The notes below the pieces were generated by a model, which made no database searches, had not been told where the DNA came from, and was given only the letters and a program-made list of their open reading frames with translations. Below are positions 11,458-24,390 of a stretch of 55,892 nt of DNA, piece by piece. Every line of letters starts with the position of its first letter. The first letter of the stretch is position 1. The translations under genes were made by a program, and so were the position numbers. The DNA comes from Girardia tigrina (lineage: Eukaryota), in the NCBI GenBank assembly GCA_001938485.1, contig MQRK01221138.1, positions 1-55,892 on the forward strand. The letters are read 5' to 3'.

Positions 11458-14400
11458 AGTAAAGATGAGAATTCAGGAGAACTCTTAATAATTAATAATG
11501 AGGAAAATGTACCGATTATGTATAACAAACTACAGGGACGACCAAGTATAAATGTTACGATTGAGAACATCGAGATTGAATGCCTATTAAATACGAGAGC
11601 TGCATTAGACGTGATAAACGAAGAATTGGTTAAGAAAATAAATAACATAAAAGTGGAACGAGCAAATCAAAAATTGAGGGCAGCAAATGGGTTACAAATG
11701 GATGTTAGAGGAGAAATGGAGATGGTAGTGAAAATTGGAAAAAAAGTGGAGAAAACAAGATTTGTAATAGTGAAAAGTTTAACACCAGACATGATAGGAG
11801 GCATACCATTGATGGAAGAGTTCGGGATAGAACTACAATGGAAAGAACAAAATCAAGAAAATAGTAAAACCAATATATGTGAAATCGATGCAAAATTTGG
11901 GGAAAAGACTACGGATGAAGATCGAGGTAAAGAGGCACTAAAAACGATAGAAACACAGTACGATAAATCAATAGAGAAATTAATCCACCAATATCGAGGC
12001 ATATTTATGGCAAACAACTGGGATATCGGGTGCACGAATTTACTACGCCATACGATAGAAACAACGGGTGACCAATCAATATAAAACCAAGAAGACAGCC
12101 GGTGGATTTAGAGGGTAAATTGGAAGAAGCAATTAAGAACCTAGAAGCAAATGGAATAATATGACCATGTAACTCACAATGGAACACGCCGATAGTATGT
12201 GTCTGGAAAAAGGACAAGGATGAAATCAGACTATACCTAGACTTTAGACAATTAAACCTTATTACAAAGAGACAAGCATTTCCCATGCCGAACATAACAG
12301 AGATGATGGATAGGTTACACGGAGCCAAATTTTTCAGTACAATAGACTTGGGAAATGCGTACTACCAAGTAGAATTAGACAAGGAGTCGCAAGAAAAGAC
12401 GGCATTCTCAACGAAATCAGGGCAATTTTGTTTCAAACGTATGCCTTTCGGCATAGCAGCAGCACCAGGAACGTTTCAGGAATTAATGACTAAAGTTTTG
12501 GAACCGGAAAAAATGGAGTGTCAGTGTACTTAGATGACATATTAATTGCAACAAGGACAAAAGAGGAGCACTACGATATAATCAAAGAAGTTTTCGAAAG
12601 AATTAGGCAAACAGGATTGAGGATAAAACCATCAAAATGCAAAATATTAAGACAAGAAGTGAAATTTTTAGGACACATAATTAATCACAAGGGAATACAG
12701 ACAGATCCAGAAAAAATCGCTTCGATAGAAAACTTTCAAAGACCGAAGTGCATTAAGAACTTGAGGAGTTTTTTGGGAATCTGCAATTATTGCAGGAAAT
12801 TTATTAACGGATATGCGAAGAAAGCCAAAGTATTAGAAGGAATGTGCGGGTTAAACAAAGAAAAACTGGTATTAAAAGACGCGTGCGAAATAGCATTTCA
12901 AGATATGAAAAAAAGCATTAATATCGGCACCAATATTGAGCTTCCCGGACTTTGATAAACAGTTTATCTTAGACACGGATGCCAGTTTCGACAACATAGG
13001 GGCAGTATTATCACATATAGACGATTCAGGTAGAGAACGGGTTATAGCATATGGATCACATACAATGTCGGCGCATGAAAGAGGGTACTGCATAACAAGG
13101 AAAGAACTTTTAGCGATTTTTTATTTCTGTCAGCATTTCAATCACTATTTGAATGGAAAGAAGTTTAAATTACGAACAGACCATAAAGCGATCACTTTCA
13201 TGTTTCAAACAAAAAAACCATTAACTGCTCAGTTCCAAACATGGATGAACTATTTAAGCAGTCATGATATCGAAATAGAATACAGAAAAGGGGAATTACA
13301 TGGCAACGCGAATATGTTATCTAGACAAAATTGCGAAACGTGTACTCAGTGCCAAATGAAACATGAAGAAGCGAAAGAGGGTAAAAACAAGACCAGGCTA
13401 TTAGCGGTAACTACGAGAAGTCAAACAAGAGCAGGACAGAAAGAATGGATACCTAAAGAAAAACGGAATGAGCTAATTATTCAAACACACAGATTATTAT
13501 GCCACACAGGCACTAAAAAGGTATACGAATACCTGAGAGACAAATTCGATATGGAAGAAGAAAGGAAAACAGTAAAAGAGGTAGTGGAGTCATGCATAGA
13601 ATGCCAACAAACGAAGACAAAAACTACAAAATCAAAGGAAGAAAATGTAAAGATAACAGCTGCAGAAATGTTTGAAAAGATATACTTAGACATTTGTGGA
13701 CCGTGGAACGAAACAATTAGAAGAGAGAAATACATTTTCGGAATTATAGACCATTTCAGCAAATATATAAGCTTGACAGCTATTAAAAGGCAGGACGAAG
13801 AAACGATTATACAGACCATATTACAAAAGTGGATACTGAAATTCGGTGCACCAAAAGAAATACATTTCGATTGTGGTAAAAGTTTTGAATCGAAAAGAGT
13901 TAAAGAAAAGTTAAGTTAAATCACCATAATACCAATGGGATAATTGAGAGGCAATTCCGAACTATTCGGGAGTTCATCCAAGCAAGCCTTAAAGAGAGAA
14001 ACTCCATGAGTTGGGTAGACATATTACCAGAGGTAGAATTTGCAATAAACGCTACAAAACAGAAAACGATAGGGTGTAGTCCAGCAGAAGTAGTATTTGG
14101 GAGGAAAACATACAGACAACAATGGTACAGTGACAGTAAAACGGACCGAGAGAACTTAAGACAGATGATAAAAGAGAAAAACACGCAAGTGAAAACGGGA
14201 ACGCGTGCAACTTATAAAGTGGGTGATAAGGTTTGGATTATGAAAGAAATAAGAAAGAAAGGTGAAGACAGATTTGAAGGACCTTACGAAATTATTGAAC
14301 AGATTCATGAGAGGAGTTATAGACTCAAAGATGAAAATGATAAACAAATAATCAGGAATGTGGAAAAATTCAAAAATTTCAAAAACGGGGGGGGGGATGT

Positions 14401-15163
14401 TGGGAACGTTCATAAAATATAAAATTTTTGAATCTTATCAAATTATTAAGTAAACAATTACATTCCGTAAAATATTGTTATAAATATGTTAAAATAATAT
14501 TTTCAGAAATTTAATCTAAAAAAATTAATTTAAGTAAAATATAAAATAAATTTTACGGTAGGGGTATTAAAAGATTTATGTAAAGATTTATTATAAAGTA
14601 AAAAAAGTTAATTTCAAATTTGATGAAAATATTTATTTGAAATAAAATAAAAAGTAATTTAAGTTTGATATTTAATTTGCGAAATAAAAGTAAACTAAAC
14701 CATTTTGGTAACTTTTAAATCAAAGTAAATTAAAAATGTGGTTATAATTTTTTTGGAAAATGTAATTATAATTTTTGGAATTTAAAATTGGAATTAAAAA
14801 ATAATTGTAAATCCATTAAATTGACTTAAATAAAAAATGCAATTTTAATTTTTTTTGGGAAAAAGTAATTGAGAAACAGGAAAATTTAAATGTACCATAA
14901 AATTGAAAAATTAATAAAAGACGCCACAAAATCTTTGTGACAAAATTTTAATTCACTATAATTTTTTATTAAAGAAAATATAGAATTTTAATTTGTAAAA
15001 AAAATATACTAACCATATTTTTATTTATATCTATTTTTATTTATATTGGTTGTGTAAAAAAGAAAGTACAAAAGTTCCTCAAAAATATTGTTTAAAAAAT
15101 TCAAATTGTTATAGAAATAAATTTTTGTGTTCATGATAATGTCTATTGATCAAGAACCCAATG
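11450..15163 (+). mobile_element. Gypsy/Ty3 LTR retrotransposon 2 (pol plus 3' LTR; gag and 5' LTR missing)
   Basis: Protease with a mutated site (CLLNTRA); RT (FSTIDLGNAY, RMPFG, VYLDDILI); RNase H (FILDTDAS, RKELLAI); integrase (HHCC, IIDHFSKY, HFDCGKSF, NGIIERQFRT); GPY/F. PPT is a G-run before TGT at 14398. Frameshifts and stops present. Confidence 0.95.
14398..15163 (+). repeat. 3' LTR of Gypsy 2 (family A)
   Basis: TGTTGGG directly after the PPT; ends ...caagaacccaat(g). Collinear with the reverse-oriented solo LTR at 50213-50969. Confidence 0.9.
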
Positions 15164-18151
15164 GTAGTAAAATGGAAGAAAAAAGAAACAAAACGAAGAA
15201 TGAAGAAATTTTAAAAATAACAAAGCTTAACATTAAATATGACAAACTTGATGGTAGACCAAGTATAGATTTTTACATTAAAAATAGAGAAGTACACTGT
15301 CTTTTAGACACCGGTGCTAGAGTAAATGTGTTTGAATTAAGTTTAATTAAAAACATACAAATATTAGGATTAGAGAATCGCGAAGACGTTTAGCATGCGC
15401 AAATGCTTCGGAATTAATAAATTATGGAACAGTACTCTTGAAGATTAAAATTGAAGGGAACCAAAAGAATATAAAATTCTATGTTTTCAAAGGAATGAAC
15501 CCGGAAAGAATAGCAGGAGTGGACTTTTTGGATAATTTTGGGATAAATCTGATTTAAAAAATCAATACAAAATAGTGATGTATTTATGATAAAGGATAGC
15601 CCATCAGATGAAGACAGATTGAAAAGGATAACGGACCTATATGGAGGTAAGGTCGATGATCAGTTGATGAACATGATAAAAGAGTTTAAGTCGATATTCA
15701 TGGCAGATAAATGGGATATTGGGAAAACATCATTGACGAAACACAAAATAGAAACTAATGGTGAACCGGTGTTAGTAAAGCCGTATCGACAACCAAAGCA
15801 TTTTGATGAAAAATTAGACGAAGTTATTAAAAATTTTGAAGAAAATAATATAATCGAAAAATGTAGTTCACCATGGAACTTTCCATTGGTATGCGTCTGG
15901 AAGAAAGAGAAACAAGAAATACGAGTGTGCATGGATTTTCGACAATTAAATAAAGTTACTCTCAGATCAGCATTCCCTATGCCAAATGTGGATGATATGT
16001 TGAATACATTGAATGGTGCAAAGTATTTCACTACAATTGACTTGGGAAACACATACTATCAAGTTGAACTTAATGAAGAATCAAAGATTAAAACAGCATT
16101 CTCGACAAAGAATGGTCAATATTGTTTTAAAAGAATGCCTTTAGGAATAGCAGCCGCTCCGGCCACCTTTCAAGAACTAATGGTAAAAATTCTTGGGGAA
16201 TTGAACTGGAAGGAAGCAGTCGTATAACTAGATGATATCTTGATATTTTCTAAAGATAAGAACGTACATCTACAAAGAATAAAGAATGTGCTTCAAAAAT
16301 CAAAGAATCAGGTTTGAGGATAAATTCAGAGAAATGTAAATTTCTAGTATAAAAGACCAAGTTTCTGGGCTACGTAATAAGTAAAGTTGGTATAGAAACT
16401 GATAAAACAAAGATTGATGCGATTAACAAGTTTCAAAACCCATCATGTATTAAACATCTAAGGAGTTTCTTGGGTTTGACAAATTATTACAGAAAATTCA
16501 TAAAAGATTATGCAAGATATTCGAAAGTTTTAGAAGGCATATGTGGTAAAAACAAGGATAAGAAAATAATGTGGACAAAAGAATGGGACGAAGCTTTTCA
16601 GAGATTAAAAGAAAGAATGGTTCAAACTTCAATCTGGGCGTATCCAGACTTTGATAAAGAATTTATATTGGACACAGATGCAAGTTTCGATACGATTGGA
16701 GCAGTACTGTCACAAAAAGACTCGAGTGGAAGAGAAAGAGTTATTGCATATGGTTCTCATAAGATGAATAAACATGAAATTGGTTATTGCATTACCAGAA
16801 AAGAATTACTTGCGATATATTATTTCACTCAGAATTTTAAGCATTTCTTATATGGGAAAAGATTCTTGTTGCGAACAGACCACAAAGCTATTACGTTTAT
16901 GATGACCACAAAGAACCCAATAACACTGCAATTTCAAACATGGATAAATTTTCTCAGCGGTCTTGATATGAGAATGGAATACAGGAAAGGTGAAAGACAC
17001 TCAAATGCAGATGCTATGTCGAGAAACTCTTGTGAATTATGTAGTCAATGTCAAACAACACATGAAGAAGCGAAGAAAGGAAAGATTAAAACTCGAATTC
17101 TAGCGTTACACGATGAACCAAATAGTTTCAAATGGCAGAATGATAATGAAGAAATCGAACAAATCAAGAAAGATTTGAAACAAGGAAAAACAAATAAATG
17201 GAAACTGAAAGATGACATTGTAGCAACGGAAAATAATAAGTACTGGATCCCGAGAACAAATAGAACCGATTTTATTGAAAATATGCATAAGATGTTATGT
17301 CATGCTGGGAGTAAAAAGGTTTTTAACTACCTCAGAGATGATTTTGATATGGAAAATATGAGAGAAAAAATAAAAGAAGTTGTTCAAAGTTGCATAAATT
17401 GTCAAAAGCGAAAAACACTAACTGCGAAAACAAAAGAAAGACATATTAAGCAATTTGCAGAAGAACTTTTTCAGAAGTTATATATCGACTTTTGTGGCCC
17501 ATTCAAGAGAAATATTAATGGATACCAGTATATTTTGACAATAATTGATCAATTTAGCCGATATATTAGCCTGAACGCAGTTGCTCACCAAGACGAGAGA
17601 ACGCTAACGAAAATATTGCTGGATAGATGGATATATAAATATGGACCACCTAAAGAAATCCATGTGGATAGAGGCAAAACATTTGAATCAGAACTATTTA
17701 AAGAAACACTGAAGAAGTTTAAGATAGAAATATTTTACTCAAGCCCATATCACCACAATACCAATGGAATTATAGAACGACAATTTAGAACAATTAGAAA
17801 TGCTCGTAATATCAGAATAAAGGATGGAACGCATAGAGATTGGACGGAAGTATTGTCAGAAATAGAATTTATGATGAATAGTACCATTCAAGCTACGACA
17901 GGCATCTCACCAGCAGAAATAATATATGGAAGGAAATTAAGACATTGGTGGAAAAATAAAGAAGATAAAGGAAACCAAATGGGAAAAGAAGGAAAAGCTC
18001 CAGAAACGAGAAGAATTTTCAATGTTGGAGAACAGGTATTGATAAAGAGAGAAAATGCATCAAAAGAAGACGACCGATATATTGGCCCTGCAATAATAAT
18101 AAGACGGAGACATGAAAGAAGTTACGAATTGCAACTCGACAATGGTAAAAT

Positions 18152-18213
18152 NNNNNNNNNNNNNNNNNNNNNNNNNNNNNNNNNNNNNNNNNNNNNNNNN
18201 NNNNNNNNNNNNN
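18152..18213. other. Assembly gap (N run)
   Basis: Run of n. Other gaps are at 31677-32290 and 38170-38219. Confidence 1.
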
Positions 18214-18559
18214 TTGTAAGTTTGTTGTTTGTATGCTGTTTAGATTTGTGACTCTCCTACTCAGATGGGATTGATATGTTATTTGATTGATTATTTGAAT
18301 CTAATGAAATTAATCTAATGATATTAATTTTATGTACTAATTAATTAAAGTTTGATAATTATGAATTTTATTAATATTTTCAGTAAACGATTTTAACTTA
18401 TTAAATTTAATATATTTTAAAAATTAATGTTTATTTAAAAATTACATAATGTCTTTTTATCCAATAAAATTATGAGAAATTAAAATGTAACATTAAAATT
18501 TCCTATTCATTGATTTTTTCATATTTGAATATTTAATCAAAAACTATATCAGTCAAAAA

Positions 18560-19004
18560 AATATGACCTCTGAAAATTGTTGTGAAGAATCTGTTTGTGT
18601 TGTAAATAAATGTTTGAATTCAAATTGTGATGTTGTTAATAATCGTACAGCCGGTTGAACTTACCAAAGATGCATTTTCCAACACTGAATTAAAATTTAA
18701 ATTCACGGTACGTTTTGTATTAAAAAATATTTTTAAGAGAAAACATAACGATTGTGTCAATTTTATTTGCCTTTTTATATTCGATAATTGGTCACTGACA
18801 ACGCCGCCAACATGACAAAAAGGGGAAAGAATAGAAGGAAACCAGCGACTGAAAATTGATTTCAATTGCTTTAGAAAATAAAACCTTTTAAACTGATTTA
18901 CTTATTTTCTAGGTGCCAAAAAATTTGATTGGAATAAAAAAATGATTGAAGTCAAAAAAATCTATTTTAATGATTTAAAAAAAATCGTGAGTTTAAAAAC
19001 CCTG
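18560..19004 (-). mobile_element. hAT remnant (one TIR plus a transposase fragment)
   Basis: Minus-strand terminus CAGGGTTTTTAAAC with ttaaatca-type subterminal motifs; VGGVVSDQLSNIK resembles the hAT xVTDNAxNM motif. Confidence 0.45.
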
Positions 19005-19295
19005 TGTGATTATCTAAGTATGAGGGAAATGTAAATTATATCTTTATGGAATTCGAAAATCAATCCCTCATATAAACATTCCTCAAATTCATAAGCGATC
19101 TTTAGCCGAATATTTCACATATGTCCTTTTATTTAACTAATAAACATATCTAAACGATACATATTAATATTAATTAATATACATTTATTTTCTTGAGATT
19201 CTTGTCACTAAGAAGAATGAAGATATCAAACTGAATTATATAGATTCAGGCAAAAAATATAGATCTATAAACAATATAGATTGAAGAACTGATTA

Positions 19296-19680
19296 TTTCC
19301 TACTTGAAAGGGTGACTGAGACATATGAAAAAGGTCACAATAGAGTACCAACCAAAAGCTTATTTTTGAGATAAAACTTCTCAATTTCAAGACAATCCAC
19401 TTTTTATATTATGCTTGCACTGATTGACAGTTTTATTACCCAGAATCCCCCCAGTCTTAAATCTAATACAGATGAAAGAACAAATCGTTCGCTTAGATTA
19501 TCATATGGTGAGAAATTTCAGTCGAATTGCATTGATAATGTTTCTGAGGGTCATGGGTTTTCTATTAATACTTAAATTGAGTAGAATGCATTTGAATTTT
19601 CATCTCAAAGATTAATTTTTGATTGGTTGGTTGTCTATTGTTATCTAATCATGTCTCCGTTACCCTTTCAAGTACGAAAC
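19296..19680. repeat. Imperfect inverted repeat (arms of about 90 bp)
   Basis: tttcctacttgaaagggtgactgagaca...caatag...ccaacca...tttgagat at 19296-19385 matches the reverse complement of about 19595-19680. Confidence 0.75.
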
Positions 19681-19698
19681 GATAGAGCTAATATATCT

Positions 19699-20198
19699 TA
19701 TTAAGAACACCAACGTGGGTTTTCGAACCTTTATTTTCAATACAATTTGAATTGTCTTTCAGTCAAGCTTTCGTAATTCGATATCGTTCTAAATTGATAA
19801 ATTTTAGTTAAGGTTTTTTTAATAAAAAATTATTCGAACAAATTTTTCATTATTTTCAGATTTTATTTTTAAAGTTCTAATTTTGTAATTTTAGTAATTA
19901 TTTTATCTACATATTACATTTATTTTAAAAATGATTTTATTTAAAGAAAGAACATTCCTTAAATTTAAAACTTAGTTAAAAGTTATTTACTTTATTTAAA
20001 TTTTTAATATTAAAATTTGAAACGATTTAATATTTTTAAATATCTTATGCTGTACTTTAAAATGCAAATTATACTCGAATAATTATTCATCGTGAACATC
20101 TAAATTATCAATTTTCCATATGGGTGGGAGAAGCACATTTCCAAATACTAAACTCAACATACAAAATTTAACATACCAAATTTAAAATATTCCTCGCA
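19699..20198 (-). mobile_element. Solo LTR (family B)
   Basis: Termini tattaagaa...ttcctcgca; flanks TATCT/TATCG (TSD with 1 mismatch); shared motif ccatatgggtgggagaagcac. It lies about 540 bp upstream of the SLC7 ATG. Confidence 0.75.
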
Positions 20199-20741
20199 TA
20201 TCGTTTTCTCAATTGGCAATTATTAGCTTCCGTTTGATGTTTGCGAGAATAAAATTGTTAGCTTTTAGTGTATTTTTACTTAATTTTTAAAAATTATGAA
20301 ATAAATTCACTTTCATTCAATGAGTTATTGGTAAAATGTTATTTTAATTTTCTCTAAGTCCAGTATTATATATTAAGTTTAATACACGGTGAGGATTGAC
20401 TTGATGATGGGATTGTAATCTCGAATTACGTCGTCTTTATTTTATCTATTAAATATATATTTTTATAAATATTGTACTTCTCCATTTTACAAAATAAATT
20501 ATATATTTTCTTGTTATAAATTTAAAAATAAAACACTCAAAAGTGCTTCAAGAAAAAATTCATTTACAAAATAATAAATAATAATAATTTTGTACTAATA
20601 ATAATTTGTACTATATTATAAACATTTGGAATAAATAAAGTTTTGTTTTAATGAATAACACATATCAAATCTGTAAAGCTAAAAACTTAATTTATTTTTG
20701 AATTGTTACTAGTATAAGTTGAACTCACTGATTTGAATAAT

Positions 20742-21195
20742 ATGAGTGCTAAAAAGTCGAAATCGACAGATAAAAATGAAGAAACTGTTGAACTGAAAAA
20801 AGAAATTACTCTTTTAAACGGAATTGGTATTATCGTGGGATCGATCATCGGCTCGGGAATCTTTGTCAGTCCGACTGAAGTTTTTATCAAGAGCGGCAGC
20901 CCTGGTTCTGCTCTCGTCATCTGGCTGCTGTGTGGAGTATTTTCGATGATCGGGGCCTACTGTTACATGGAGTTAGGGACGATGATCACACGATCCGGAG
21001 GAGATTACGCGTACGTGCTGGACGCATTCGGTCCGTTTGTCGCATTCTTACGGTTGTGGGTCGATGTGATTGTTGCCCGACCAGTCTCACAGGCGATCAT
21101 TGCTCTAGTGTTTGCCGAGTACACCCTAGAGGCCATGTACATTGGGTGCGTGTCCCCGATCATGGCCAAGAGGCTGCTGGCGGCTGCCTGTATAG
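20742..21195 (+). CDS. SLC7 L-type amino acid transporter light chain (LAT1/LAT2-like), coding exon 1
   Basis: MSAKK...LKKEITLLNGIGIIVGSIIGSGIFVSP...ELGTMITRSGGDYAY...FLRLW...YIGCVSP, including the Cys at the position used for the SLC3 heavy-chain disulfide. Donor G|GTACT, phase 1. Confidence 0.95.
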
Positions 21196-21250
21196 GTACT
21201 TTACACAAACACTGAGAAATGAAGAGATTTTATTACACGAATAAATTAAG

Positions 21251-21376
21251 GTGTTTTAACTTTCATCAATTGCTATTCGGTCCGATGGTCTACGATTGTC
21301 CAGGATGTGTTGTCGTACGCCAAAGTATTTGCATTAATAATCATAATAATCACGGGAATCGTTAGATTAGCGCAAG
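21251..21376 (+). CDS. SLC7 transporter exon 2
   Basis: After a 55-bp GT-AG intron: [43 protein letters not shown]. Donor G|GTGATT. Confidence 0.93.
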
Positions 21377-21731
21377 GTGATTTTTAAATCAATTGAATTT
21401 GACCGGGAATATAATTTCACTATTATTTACACCTCACTCTTAAATATTTTCATGTAACTAACTATAATGAATAGTATAAAATATTTTATAATTTCAGTGT
21501 CAAAATAATATTCTTTAGATGTTAAAAATAAAACATTAAAATTGTAAGATGTTGAAAAACCTTACATTTTAAATGATTACTTTATTTAATTCATTTTGGT
21601 TACGTCATTTAGGAGTTGTGCAATCATATGAAATGTCTTCGTATTTTTTTAATTTTCTTTAATATATTTGTATTTTTTGTATTTGTATTTTTTTAATATA
21701 TTAGGAAGAGAAATTTTACTCAGACAAAATA

Positions 21732-21862
21732 TATAGGGATAAAGAGTTAAATCTAACATATAATTTTGACAATTATCGAAAAAATGAGACGAAATTTTAT
21801 AGGGATAAAGAGTTAAATCTAACATATAATTTTGACAATTATCGAAAAAATGAGACGAAATT
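21732..21862. repeat. Perfect direct tandem duplication (66-bp period)
   Basis: tatagggataaagagttaaatc...gagacgaaatt occurs twice, head to tail. Confidence 0.9.
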
Positions 21863-22585
21863 AGTTTCATCGGGTTATTTCGATCCTTGGGTAGATTTTT
21901 AAAGCATAGAACTTTATGAAACGATTATATAATAAGTAAAAGTAAAACAGCCTTAATGTTGAATATTTTAATTATTTTTTTTCATAACTATTATAAAAAG
22001 AAACAAAACTATATTTATTTCGTTAAATTACTAAATTTTTTTCGAAGTATAATATAAATAAATAAAAATATTAAATAGTAGTTGATAATGGTTTGACGTG
22101 CTATTAGAAAAATGTTAAAGATCTTGGTTGAATAACTGAATTTCTTTGAAATATTTCTCTTGATTTTTGTTGAAAATTGAGTACGTGACACTGGCGGTAT
22201 GCTCAGGTAGAGGGCGAGTCTATAAAAGATGCCTTATTTCTTCTTCTGCATTGCTTTCTTTTGATTGGTTTACATCAAAATCATTATTCAATGTTCACGT
22301 ATAATTTAATATATATATGTATTTATATTTGTTTTGATAAAACTAAAATCATCATTCCTAATAATTTTATCTTATCGATGTAACAAGGAATATATACGTG
22401 AATAAAAATAATAAATATCAATGAATTATGTACTAAAAATAAAAGAAAAGATTAAAAACGATAAATAAAATTAAGAAAATCAAAAAATGATTTCAGTCTA
22501 TTTTCTCATTTCCAGAGGAAAGAAGATATTCTTCTTTTAATATCTAAAATATCATTTCGCAAAGGTTATCATATTTAATTTATTA

Positions 22586-22776
22586 CCGTATTTCCTCGAT
22601 TACGTTTCTGTCATTTTACCACACTTATCAATATCTATATCTGCGTCTTCATTTGTAGGTAGATCCCCCTTTTTTATTAAGGCTTTTAATATCTATTTAA
22701 AATAAAAACGATTAAAAAATTAAAAGAAAACCTTATATTTTAATAAGTGGCGCACCGTTTATTCGAGAAAATACGG
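22586..22776. mobile_element. Tc1/pogo-type MITE (191 bp)
   Basis: TA-flanked TIRs ccgtatttcctcga / tcgagaaaatacgg. Confidence 0.75.
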
Positions 22777-22849
22777 TATGTTATTTTTTTACTACAAATA
22801 ATTTAAATATTAACGCTAATTTGATATTTTTAAAAAATAATTTAGTTAA

Positions 22850-24390
22850 AGCTGTATTATTGAACATATTTTGAAGTTTCATACTTCATCATCGACAATT
22901 ATTTGTAAAATATTTAAATATTGATTTACATATTTTTGTTTTTCGGGGCTGTCCATAAATGAAGTCATGGGATTTTAGCAACTTTCCAACCCCCTTCTCC
23001 TTCGTCACATTTCGTCCCAAAAGGCCTGACCCCCCTTCTACACTTCCCTTTTGTTGCCTTAAAGTGCTTCAATAAATAAAACTTGGGGGATTGAACTACA
23101 TGCATCATTCAGTTTTGTCGTCGATTCACTAAAATTTTTACGAGTCCACTGATCATATTTAATGAGTAGAGTCGAGTCAAAGTATTATAGTGATAAGAAA
23201 ATTCAAAATAAGAAAAAATTATAATACACTTTATTTATTCCATAGATTAATTCACAAAATTTATGCATCTCTATTCTCCCATGGCGAATGAAAGTGCTCT
23301 TTCATGGAATAAACAGGGAGAGCACGAATCTCTACATCAAGTTGAGTGAAGATACCATTCAGATCAAGGTCTTCTTCGTCTATTCAATCCACATTCGCTC
23401 CATTTTCTTCATTCGCAACTATAACCATTAGTTTAGGTTGACGACGTGCAGCGACCCTCTGTGGCTTGATGCGTTTTGGTGGAACAATAATCGATTCCTG
23501 TTTGTGGGCAACAGAATGGTTACGGAGCAAAACGAATGACGTAAAGTATGTGTGACATGTCTTGCAAATCCTATCACTAAGAACAGATTGTATTGATGGA
23601 CATTACAAGTCATATGGAATCGAGCGATAAGTATTTGAAAAGCGAGGAAGAATGTCAAAAATTAACAATTGTAATTCATAAAATAAATTTTGTATTGTAA
23701 TTTGTGGTATTAAAGAACGTTCATCATTTCGATGTGACGTCACATTCCCCAAATTACCCCCTGCCCCCTCGTCACAAATTTCTGATCCCCCTCCCCCTTC
23801 CTGTGTGACGTCATTTATGGACAGCCTCTTAATGGAAAATTTAAAAATATATTTTTCACTTTTTCAAGATTTCATGGGAAATTAATGACTAATTCTTTAT
23901 TATTTAATTTAAGATTTTGAGAATTGAAACAGTTTTACTCTTCCCATTTTGAATATTGATTAATGGATTCTACTGTCTTATCAATAAAAATGACTCACAG
24001 TCCTTCTCATTCTTTGAAATTTACAGAGATTCTTATTTTTACAATGAATTTAGTTAATAAGTATCCAGTATTTAAGTCGATCGACACGATGGTGAATGCT
24101 CACTAATCCGGGTTTTTGAAACACATTTTGTCGCCAATATTCGAGGTTTTCCACTTGTGACAATTAAATTTTTAACCAGTTTATTTGAGAGGAAGCTTAG
24201 AATTTCTGATGTCATTTAAACCACTCTGGCGCAACATATAGTCTTTCAAATTAAAAACAAAAAAACATTTGAATCAATATTTAAATATTTTACAAAGTTT
24301 TATTGATATCTACCTTATTTGAATAGATATTTGATAAAACAGATTAAAAAAATATATTTTAACATGTTTCAATCTTCATCAAGGGAAATA
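22850..24390 (-). mobile_element. Penelope-like element remnant (GIY-YIG endonuclease end plus pLTR pieces), interrupted by Zator
   Basis: Minus strand gives KFNCHKWKTSNIG...KTRISEH and ESFLLIRQ*NPLINIQ. The segment gtaaaatatttaaatattgatt at about 22905 is inverted at about 24270. Decayed TGATGAAG..GAAA hammerhead-like motifs occur at about 22865-22892 and 24361-24382. Confidence 0.7.
22945..23828 (-). mobile_element. Zator-like DNA transposon, internally deleted
   Basis: TIRs ggggctgtccataaatga / tcatttatggacagcctc. The minus strand encodes IPYDL*CPSIQSVLSDRICKTCHTYF...RIKPQRVAARRQ...IDEEDLD, which I recognise as a Zator transposase C-terminus. Confidence 0.7.

Larger units (their letters stand above)
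15164..19170 (+). mobile_element. Gypsy/Ty3 LTR retrotransposon 3 (pol; family-B 3' LTR begins in the gap and is interrupted by a hAT remnant)
   Basis: Protease CLLDTGA; RT with the YLDD Tyr mutated to a stop; RNase H-integrase ORF at 16470-18150. After the gap the family-B LTR motif ctctcctactcagatgg appears at about 18252. The right boundary is approximate. Confidence 0.9.

Noticed and set aside
20687-21244. Overlapping alternative and antisense ORFs at SLC7 exon 1, and many antisense ORFs over Gypsy pol
   Set aside because: Shadow frames of real coding sequence.
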